From the NCBI GenBank assembly GCA_016124755.1, contig WGNA01000013.1:15806-79805 (forward strand): a stretch of DNA of 64,000 bases. Reading direction: 5' to 3'. A model generated the notes under the pieces. It made no database searches. It saw only the letters and a list, made by a program, of their open reading frames with translations, and had not been told where the DNA came from. The translations under genes and the position numbers were made by a program. Positions 10,189-18,800 of this stretch are shown piece after piece. This stretch comes from Bacteroidota bacterium. GTDB lineage: Bacteria; Bacteroidota; Bacteroidia; NS11-12g; UBA9320. The first letter of the stretch is position 1. Every line of letters starts with the position of its first letter.

Positions 10189-10968
10189 ATGAAATTCACT
10201 GCACTATTCATCTTCGCTTCATCGCTTTTATCGTGCTCCGGTCAGACTTCAGGCACAACAAAAAATATCCCAGAACGGGATTCCATAAAAATTGAGGAAG
10301 CAAGTGCTGTGGAGTTGTTCTATTCTAAAAACAAAGGGAATGATTCTGCCAGTAAGTCGTTAGGTACTGAGTCTAACGGTTCACTTATCAACGGGAAACT
10401 TTTACCATTTTCTGGCCCGAACTTCACCTACTTTGATACTTCCAGTTATTTGAACGGAAGAGCTTTTGTGAATCAAAACGTGAAAGAAATTCTTCTTGAA
10501 TCATATCAGGAATTGGCAAAGGATCTTCCACGCAGAAAATTTTTCATCATGGAATGTTCATTCAAAAATGGTGGCAGATTATATCCGCACCGAACGCATC
10601 AAAATGGATTAAGTGTCGATTTTATGATGCCACTTCTCCAAAACGGCGCACCCTATTACGCATTAGACACAATTGGCAAGGATCATTATTTTCTGGAATT
10701 CAACAATCAGGGTCAGTATTCTAAAGATACTTCTGTTTCTATTGATTTTAATTTGATCGCCCGGCAACTTTTAATTTTAGATAAAGTTGCCCGACTACAT
10801 GGAATGATGATTTCGAAAGTTATTATTAAAACCGAACTCAAAGACGAATTGTATGCAACCGAATATGGCAAATTACTGAGAGCTTCAAAAATATATGTCG
10901 TTCAAAGCTTAACGCCGGTAGTAAATGCGTTTCACGACGAACACTTTCATGTCGACTTTTTATTTTAA
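10189..10968 (+). CDS. mepA: penicillin-insensitive murein endopeptidase (MepA-like, peptidase M74)
   Basis: Lipoprotein-like N-terminus (LLSCSGQ). Metal-ligand motifs HRTHQNGLSVDF and HDEHFHVDF match the MepA HxxHxxGxDxD and HxH signatures. Confidence 0.75.
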   Translation: MKFTALFIFASSLLSCSGQTSGTTKNIPERDSIKIEEASAVELFYSKNKGNDSASKSLGTESNGSLINGKLLPFSGPNFTYFDTSSYLNGRAFVNQNVKEILLESYQELAKDLPRRKFFIMECSFKNGGRLYPHRTHQNGLSVDFMMPLLQNGAPYYALDTIGKDHYFLEFNNQGQYSKDTSVSIDFNLIARQLLILDKVARLHGMMISKVIIKTELKDELYATEYGKLLRASKIYVVQSLTPVVNAFHDEHFHVDFLF

Positions 10969-10998
10969 TAAGTTCCCCATTGAATCTTAAAACACTAT

Positions 10999-11117
10999 AC
11001 CGAAGTTGATCAGTTTTTGATTGTATTCTATTGTTTTTGATGGCTTCGAGTACCCACCTGTGAGTTTTAGGTACATACGTGGCGGGGGAGATATACTCTT
11101 GTCAATCTTGTTCAACC
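10999..11117. repeat. dispersed ~118-bp repeat, copy 1 (partner at 26496-26612)
   Basis: Shared blocks accgaag..gat.a.ttttt and ggctt(c/g)gagtaccc(a/g)(c)ctgtgagt with the second copy, aligned by eye. Confidence 0.6.
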
Positions 11118-11299
11118 TAAAATCATTTCGTTCCGGGTAAACCAACTGTTCACCGGCAACCTCTGCGAAATCAACTAATCCTTTTACTCATCCGATAATC
11201 TCCTGCACCCCTGCGTAAAAATGTCTTTACCTTTCCATTTCCGCTTAACTCAACAAAAAATAAGTGTTTAAACCTATCCGCTTTTTTGCAAGGAATACA

Positions 11300-11551
11300 A
11301 ATCATTCCGATCTTTCGTCCGGGGAGGGGTGGCTATTGCCCCAGCATTTTCCAACCAACATTAAGCATTTAATATTGCACGTCAATTGGATTTCAATTCC
11401 CGAATCAATTAACTTTCGTCCGGGGAGGGGTGGCTATTGCCCGCACTTTTTCCACACTACATTAAGCATTTAATTCTACACGTCAATTGGATTTCAATTC
11501 CCGAATCCATTATCTTTCGTCCGGGGAGGGGTGGTTCTTAACCCGCCTGCC
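11300..11551. repeat. 101-bp tandem repeat, 2 full units plus partial
   Basis: The unit start ctttcgtccggggaggggtgg occurs at 11312, 11413 and 11514, giving a period of 101. Units 1 and 2 are about 90% identical over the full length. Confidence 0.9.
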
Positions 11552-11647
11552 AACTTCCTAAAATCCTCATCCGCTTTCGAACTTCCTCTAAATACCTCCT
11601 GTTTAACCACTCGATCCATGGTCGAAAAATCGAAGGTAACTCTGAAC

Positions 11648-12007
11648 ATAAACTTTAACGTTTCTGTGCTTAATTAGATCAGCTTATTGGATCAATTCAA
11701 TCTTTGTTTCAACAAGTACAAAATGAAATATCCTAAAACAAGAATAGGATCGCATGGGTGGACCGTCGGAAAGGCGGGATAGCCGGCGGGAATTTGTCAT
11801 TTAGTTGAAAATCGGGGAAAGTGCTTGTCACTTCTATCACTAAATTTTCAACAAATGGGAAAGGGCGCTTGACCTGCTTTCTTTACGACTTGATTTTTTG
11901 CTTACATTTTTATCAAGAAAAGAGTAAGAAGAAAAGAGATGCTACATCGAACGCCAACCGATTTACAATCCTGGTGTATCCACAAGGAGAAGCATTTAAG
12001 CTTTTAG
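11648..12007 (+). mobile_element. MITE-like nonautonomous element, copy 1 (most degraded left end)
   Basis: About 360 bp, collinear with 55535-55884 and with the reverse complement of 40726-41070. Shares the GC-rich core ggatcgc(a/g)tgggtgg.c.gtcggaaaggcgggatagcc and the right end ggtgtatc...ggagaagcatttaag. Confidence 0.7.
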
Positions 12008-12120
12008 CCAAACCAAAACTATATGTCAATTCCCAAAAACCATGAAGATCATGTGCACGTATTGACGAACTCGAATCATGATTACTTATATTCGTTAAGG
12101 AAACCAGAAACAAATTAATC

Positions 12121-13059
12121 ATGAAAAAAATATCCCTCTTATTCATTATCGTTTTTAATGGTATAATAGCATTCTCCCAGATTCATACATACCGAGGGAT
12201 TTATGATTTGGATAGTTGTGAATTTGAAAGCCATTGTAAATTGCTCGTACTTGACACTTCCTCCTCAAACATTTGGCAGATTGGAAAATCCTCGAAATTT
12301 TTTTCTGATTCATTTACTTCATATTTAAGCACTCTGGTTACCGACACATTGTATCCGTATCCGGCAAAAAATCATTCTTATTTTGATATATTAATTCCAA
12401 ATCATCGAGGTTCCAATCTCATTGTAAGTTTTCTGCATCAATTTCAAACAGATACATTAATCGATGGTGGATATATTGAAATTTCATATGATTCCGGAAA
12501 AACCTGGAACAACGTTGTTTACGAAGAAGAAGTTCATCAACCGGAGGTGTTCGCAACAGAAAATTTATATGCTGAACAGGACACTGTAGCAGGTGGAATT
12601 CCCAGATTTTCAGGAAAATCCAACGGTTGGGTTTACACCCGAATTCAATGGGTATGGTTTTTTTATTTGGATTTCAATCCTCCAGATACATTGCACATGC
12701 GATTTCATTTTATTAGTGATTCAATGCAGACAAATAAAGCCGGTTGGATGATAGATAAAATTCTAGTGTCTATCGCAGAACTTCCGTTTTCTGTTGATGA
12801 GATTAATTCAGGTAATCCATTTATAAAAATAGAACCCAACCCGGTCGAAGATGTTGCAACAATCGAATTCGAACACTATCCCACAGAAGTGTTGAGTCTG
12901 GAGATATACAATGCACTCGGACAAAAAATAAAAATTATCGAAGACATACGATCCTGCCAAATTCAGTTTTATAAAGACAATTTAACCGGTGGGATTTATT
13001 ATGTTCAACTAAAAAACATGGATCAGGTTATTGGTACAACTAAATTGGTTATTAAATAA
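12121..13059 (+). CDS. T9SS C-terminal sorting domain protein
   Basis: Signal peptide plus a C-terminal Por_Secre_tail pattern: IEPNPVEDVATIEF...LEIYNALGQKI...GIYYVQLKN...TKLVIK. Confidence 0.85.
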   Translation: MKKISLLFIIVFNGIIAFSQIHTYRGIYDLDSCEFESHCKLLVLDTSSSNIWQIGKSSKFFSDSFTSYLSTLVTDTLYPYPAKNHSYFDILIPNHRGSNLIVSFLHQFQTDTLIDGGYIEISYDSGKTWNNVVYEEEVHQPEVFATENLYAEQDTVAGGIPRFSGKSNGWVYTRIQWVWFFYLDFNPPDTLHMRFHFISDSMQTNKAGWMIDKILVSIAELPFSVDEINSGNPFIKIEPNPVEDVATIEFEHYPTEVLSLEIYNALGQKIKIIEDIRSCQIQFYKDNLTGGIYYVQLKNMDQVIGTTKLVIK

Positions 13060-13112
13060 TAACGCTATTTCAACTTAGGCACCTCTCCCGACAAAGACCA
13101 AATTCAAAACCT

Positions 13113-13643
13113 TTAATACCCCAATTCTCCCTGTATATAAAACACAATCTCCGATTTAAGTTGTCCGTCCGGGAAGCTGTTTCGCGCCTTTCCCTTAAAA
13201 ATGAGATCAACATCGGTAGTGTCGTTGTAGTAATGTTCAAAATTATCTTTAAGCACTGAGGTTGGTATTAACAAACTCGCCATCTTTCCGGTAATTCCAG
13301 GAGGCAGAGAAGCAATCAAACCATTTTCTCCCCTTACCTCGGCACTTTCCATATCTTCAAATTTAAGGTTCACAGAATCAGCAATGCTAAATGTTATCTT
13401 AGTAAGATTGATATCCGTAACCCTTATGCCGGTGGACTTATCCGATACCATATTTCGAAGAGCCTGCATCGATACAGTGTACGGAATTTCGAAGGTTTCT
13501 CCGGCTTCAGTTGCATTCACATCCAGAATAAACGTGCTGGTTCTGTCTACCCGAATAAAACCCAGTGTATTATCACAGGAATAAAAACCCATTAAAAAAA
13601 TAAAGCCCAGAATGAAGTTATTAAATTTTTTCATCTCTATCAA
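13113..13643 (-). CDS. small lipoprotein, last gene of the envelope operon
   Basis: Lipobox FLMGFYSC. Starts 4 nt after the stop of the 738-aa gene. No family recognised. Confidence 0.6.
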   Translation of the reverse strand: MIEMKKFNNFILGFIFLMGFYSCDNTLGFIRVDRTSTFILDVNATEAGETFEIPYTVSMQALRNMVSDKSTGIRVTDINLTKITFSIADSVNLKFEDMESAEVRGENGLIASLPPGITGKMASLLIPTSVLKDNFEHYYNDTTDVDLIFKGKARNSFPDGQLKSEIVFYIQGELGY

Positions 13644-13647
13644 TTGC

Positions 13648-15864
13648 TTAATTTTTAGTATTAATAATCGCTACTTTTCGAGTCTCACTCAGCAGAGATT
13701 CGGCGCCGATATCTGTCAATATCTTTACGGCATAGGAATACGTTTTACCGCTTTTAATTTCATCATCCTGAAAAGACGTATTGTCTCCGGTAAATTCAAA
13801 ACTCTTGTAACTTTCCATCACATTCGAATCCAGTGGTGATGTACGATAAACCGTAAAAAAGACCCGTTCATTAGGTTTACAAAACAGAAAAGAATAATTC
13901 CACGAGAGCATCACCTTTTCAAAATCTTCGTTGTAAACCACTTCAAAATTTTCAATTCCTTTTCTCAATCCGTTGTCGTAAGGAGTTGCCGCAATCGACA
14001 ATGAAAAATCAGAAACCAGATTACTGCTGTCAACCGCCTGAAGTGCGTATTCGTATTCCGTACTGGTTTCCACACTGCTGTCGGTAAATACCGTGTCTTT
14101 CGAACTCAGAACTGCGTATTCAACCAACGTTGAATCAAAGGGTGTTTTTCGCCACACCTTGGTATTTTTGGCATCTTCACTTGAACTCGGAATTATTTTC
14201 AACTGCAAAAAACTATCGCTCACAACAATTCTTTTTAATACAGGCGCAACCGGCGGAATTATATCCGGACGCGCAACTTTGATAATTTTTGAAGCGGCAG
14301 ACTGATTATAATGAAAGTCAAGTGCATAAACTTTGTAATAAATATTCCGGGTTAAAGTATTTAGTGTAACGGTATCAGTAAAAACACTGTCGCTGCCGGT
14401 TTTCGGAAGTGTGTCGTTTCGCTCGTATGTTTCCAGAAAGGTAGAAAACTCATGATCCGCCTGATTCGCTTTTTGAATCCGGTAGCCCATAAAATCCTTT
14501 TCCCGGTTTAATTTAATCCGCAGTGTAACCACGCCATTGCTGTCCATAGTGGCCGATGACCAAACTGGTGCAGTGGGAGGAATTGAATCGACTAATAAAA
14601 GATAAACCGGATTGGAACGAAACATATTTCCGGCTGTGTCAATCGTTTCTATTATATAATAATTCGGTTGGTCTGCACTAAAATCCACATCCCGAAACTC
14701 GGTGATATTCGGGCTTAAGAGTGCATTATTTATTTTATTACTAAAAGTTCCATGCGTTGAATTATCCCGAAGTACATTAAAACCCGCGAGATCTCTTGGT
14801 GGTCCGGTAAGTTCCCATTTTATAACTGCTACTTTTTCACCTGTTGGTTCCGGTGATGGAACAAAAATGCTGGAAAAAGGAGTTCTGTCCCGGGCCATGG
14901 CTTCTATGGTACCGACAACCACTTCATCGGCAAAAAGGGTGTGACCTACGATTCGGTATACATACGGAACATATAATTTAACCATAGTATCCGCCAAGGT
15001 TCCAATGCTTCGTTTTAATGAATCGGTTTCATCATTTATCATGATCATTTCCGAATTAAGTCTGGTATAAGACTTTCCACCATCCTGTGATCGCTCAAGA
15101 CTGTAACCAATTAAAGGTTCTTCTGCTATCAGCCAATGCAGTGTTATATTCACTTCGTTTTCAATCGCGGTAAGTTTTGCCTGTGCGTTGGTTTGATAAG
15201 GTTTTGTCTCTGTTTCAATTTCTGTCGGATCAAGTGTAAGACCTTCTTTCGGCGACTTTAATTCAATGGAATATTTGTATTTCATTCCGGGTGTAACCGT
15301 TTTATCAACCCATCTCAAACCCATCGCTTCTGATGAAACCCTGTCGTTGCAGGAAGCCAGAATCGAAAACAAAAACATCAGATCATTTTGTGCTTTTGCC
15401 ATTTGAATTGCGGAAAAATCCGATATATCTGTCGGGAGATATTTGTTTCGGTTTATTACTAATTCATACGCCATTTTAAAATACCGGTATTCTTTTGAAT
15501 TGGTATCTTTAAACTGATTCAGTGTTTTATCCCAGTCTTTTTTAGCCCATGTTTTTACGGTTGCTACTTCTTTGTATTTCGACCATTTCCCATTTTCAAG
15601 GTCACTTCTTTTAATGAGATATCCATTATCAATTCCGGCTGAAAGCAATTCGGCATCACTGGTAAGCCAACGGAGAACAATACTGTCGTTAGCTGTTCGT
15701 GGCATCAGGGCAATTTGTGCTTTTTCCTCAACCATTTCCTTTTGAGCTTTCACACTTCCGGAGAAAAATAAAAGACCGGCAGTAAACAGCATATATATTA
15801 TCCGGTTCATTTTAATTGAAATCATTTGTACGAATTGATTATAAAAAAACCCATTAACTTCCAT
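13648..15864 (-). CDS. secreted protein with about six FN3-like modules
   Basis: Six recurring modules show an 'x-L-x-W ... GY/F-x-(V/L/I)-x-R' pattern (IVLRWLT..GYLIKRS, ITLHWLI..GYSLERS, VIKWELT..GFNVLRD, LRIKLN..GYRIQKA, LQLKIIP..KVWRKT, VMLSWNY..FTVYRTS). The signal peptide MNRIIYMLFTAGLLFFSGSVKAQ starts at the Met at nt 15810, so the true start is probably 15810. Confidence 0.65.
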   Translation of the reverse strand: MEVNGFFYNQFVQMISIKMNRIIYMLFTAGLLFFSGSVKAQKEMVEEKAQIALMPRTANDSIVLRWLTSDAELLSAGIDNGYLIKRSDLENGKWSKYKEVATVKTWAKKDWDKTLNQFKDTNSKEYRYFKMAYELVINRNKYLPTDISDFSAIQMAKAQNDLMFLFSILASCNDRVSSEAMGLRWVDKTVTPGMKYKYSIELKSPKEGLTLDPTEIETETKPYQTNAQAKLTAIENEVNITLHWLIAEEPLIGYSLERSQDGGKSYTRLNSEMIMINDETDSLKRSIGTLADTMVKLYVPYVYRIVGHTLFADEVVVGTIEAMARDRTPFSSIFVPSPEPTGEKVAVIKWELTGPPRDLAGFNVLRDNSTHGTFSNKINNALLSPNITEFRDVDFSADQPNYYIIETIDTAGNMFRSNPVYLLLVDSIPPTAPVWSSATMDSNGVVTLRIKLNREKDFMGYRIQKANQADHEFSTFLETYERNDTLPKTGSDSVFTDTVTLNTLTRNIYYKVYALDFHYNQSAASKIIKVARPDIIPPVAPVLKRIVVSDSFLQLKIIPSSSEDAKNTKVWRKTPFDSTLVEYAVLSSKDTVFTDSSVETSTEYEYALQAVDSSNLVSDFSLSIAATPYDNGLRKGIENFEVVYNEDFEKVMLSWNYSFLFCKPNERVFFTVYRTSPLDSNVMESYKSFEFTGDNTSFQDDEIKSGKTYSYAVKILTDIGAESLLSETRKVAIINTKN

Positions 15865-18800
15865 GTGTAGTGAATCCTACTTTTTTAGTAGTCGTCTTCA
15901 TCACCTGTCCGTTTTTATTTTTAACAGGTTCCCAATTGCCCTGCGCATTTTTTACCATTAGTGTTGCGGTAACCCAAGTGTTGTAATAATGGCTGTAAAT
16001 AAATCGCTTGTTTCGGGCGTATCCATAATAAAAGAAAGTTCCCAGAGAATATCCGTCACCTTCTTCTTTCATCACTCCGTTTTTATATCGCATATCCCAG
16101 GCTGAACTCCATTCGCCTTTCGGACTACCTGGATAATCGGCATCTGCGCCCGGATTAGCGAGAATTTCACCATCCACAAACCACTGCAGATCAACCGTGT
16201 AAATTTTCTGAACCTTCACACCGTTTTCCATCACATCCATTTTGGTTTCGTAGGTATATGTCCCGTCTCCAACGTACCGGCAACCAAAAAGTGAAACAAC
16301 CTGTACCGGTGTCATACGGTCGGTATAACCGGAATTGTGCATGGCAAATTCACCAATCTCCACCATGTCATTCATGTCCATATCCAACAATTCGTCTGCA
16401 TCGATGTCTTTGCCAGTAGTTCTTCTCGGCCTGCATACGGTTCCGTAGGTAAAGGGAACCGAAGCCCGTATATTAATAGTGATGAAAATTACCTTGAGTC
16501 TGAAGTTTCCGGCCACACGACCTTTAGCCCAGATCGGATCGGGTGCACCTGCCTGCATCATACCGGCTCCACCGAGTGATGCGCTAACGAGACCTTTGAA
16601 TCCAACACTCGCAGTCGCCCAGGCCGCAATTCCACCACGCGCATACCAATAATTAAAATCATCGGTAACGCAGCCATTATCTGGTCCGAATTGTTCCATA
16701 CATAAATTGAGTTCCGCACCCACACTAAAACTTCCGCTGAACGGACCAACACTCACACCTCCGGATTTATTAAACCCGATACCGAAATCGAATCCCTTTC
16801 CACCTTTTGCATTTTCATCAACCGGTTCAGGAACAGACCGAAAAGATGGATCAACGCTTTGGAGACCGGCTAATGTCACGGGTTGAAAACTACTGTTAGT
16901 TATCAGATTATTTCCGGCCCGGAAATACGACCAACTGTTAATTCCATAGTATTTTATTCTATTGGGTACGGTAGGTGTTCCAACGTGCAGATACCAGAGT
17001 GGTTCTCCCCCGCCTTTATTCTTTTCAACATGCAATGCTAATGTAGCCTGTTCGGTAGTTTGGATCATGACGATTCCCACCGTAGGATATTTAATGTCGA
17101 CCTTTACATTGAGATCAAAAATATCCGTGGTAAAATCATAATTGGCCACCAGATTTCCTTTGATCGGCGCATGCGTACGGTCATCCAATCCCGCACCGAT
17201 AAAGCCCGACCCACTTAATTTAAGGTAATTGATTCCTCCGCTGCTGTTGAATTCAGCCCCGAAAGCCACATCGCCGTTGAAGGTTTTATCCGACTTAGTA
17301 TTCACAAAAATTCCGGTAATGTTAAAGCCAAAAGAGACAGATGGATTCGGAGAGAATGATGCACCCGATGAACCGGAAGTAACATCCGATTTCGCATTGT
17401 TCACTTTGCTCACATCCATTGTCGGCATGTTTCCGGCCTTCATGTGATACCACGCTGCAACACCGGCGCCCTTAAAGCCCAGAGGCCCCACCATAGGTAC
17501 CGCATTTTTCAATATCATCTGAGCATCGGCATACCAATATTTAAAATTTCCTGTAGTTTGCTTTATTGAACCAAAGCGAACTTCTGCTTTTAATTCGCCG
17601 GCTTTTTTAAATACCGCCTTTGCCTTTCCCCAAAAACCGTCACCGTAAACTGCATCACCGTTATAGTACACTAACGTTCCCGACAAATCCACCGCTGCCA
17701 GTTTTGCGGAAATGGAAATCGAATCAATACCGGCACTAAGAAAGGCCGGTTTGTAAATATTATTTTCTTTTCTAACTCCGCCTTTTAATAATAAGCGCGT
17801 CGATCCGCTGATGTTATCTCCCACATTAACGGCAATCTTCATCTGCAATTGAGCAACGGCTTCGAAACCATAAATTTCAGGTGCTTCTGTTAAACTCATT
17901 TCGCTGATTGTAAAGCCAAATCCGGCTACTTTCTTTTGCGGACTTGCGAAGGCGAATTTGGCATCTTTGTTAAATGCCAGCTTTCCTTTGGTTTTCGAAT
18001 TATCGTAATTAAAACCGAGCTTTTCGAAGCGCATGCCCATGCTCAGTTCCAGTTTATCTACTTTTTTCTCTAACGACAGCTCTCCGTTTAGTTCCACTTT
18101 TGCGGTAACGGTTCCTTTGTTTTTTCGTTTTTTGGATTTAACATAAACCAACTCAATTACAGAAGTTTCTTCCAGATCGAGTACGGCACCGCCAATGAGA
18201 TCCGTGTTTAAATTTCCATCCGGAGAAATGGTGATCTGTGTGGTTGCGCCTTTCTTTTTATTGGCTGCGGTCCAACTGGCTTCATAATTAATGGCGTTTT
18301 TATCCTCACTCGAACTTTTGGTAATCGGTAAAACCAATTGTCCGGTTACCGCTGCTTTTTTTATCGATTTGCTCACAATGTCGATTTCCACGCACTCGAT
18401 ACTCGCCTGAAAATCGCCCACATTTCCGGAGGATAAATTAATTAACGGGTTGTTTTTATCCCCGACTTTCACATTGCCGGTTACACCCATTTTGGTAATA
18501 ATAAAATTGTCGAGACTTAAGGCTATTCCCGTGGTGTCGGTTCCTTTATTATAAAATTTAGGCAACACAAACTGAGCTCCTTTTAAATAAAATCCTTTGA
18601 AAGTATTCCCTTTATCACCTACATAACCCGAAGGGAATTTCATACCATCAACATTTCGGGAATCGGAATTATCAAACACCAATTCGTTAACCGATAATTC
18701 CACTCCGTCGAGCCCGTTTATTTCACACGGATTAATACTTAAAGATAAAATCCAGTCTTTTAAATTCGTGATATCCGCAACTGCCCTACCCACGACTTTT

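Noticed and set aside
11264-11551. Possible CRISPR array, suggested by regularly spaced GC-rich blocks
   Set aside because: The whole 101-bp unit is conserved, including the would-be spacers. There are only 2.4 units and no cas genes, so this is a tandem repeat and not a CRISPR.
11821-12045. Small ORFs inside the MITE-like elements (74 aa here, 61 aa at 55699-55884, 64 aa antisense at 40727-40921)
   Set aside because: They use GTG or TTG starts. Differences between copies are mostly non-synonymous, and lengths differ because the stops are not conserved. One listed ORF is on the opposite strand of the element. They are most likely artefacts of the repeat.
15854-16100. T9SS C-terminal sorting domain on the giant protein and on the FN3-like partner
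   Set aside because: Their C-termini (...KKVGFTTHGS and ...VAIINTKN) lack the Por_Secre_tail pattern that is obvious in the two real T9SS cargo proteins of this window.
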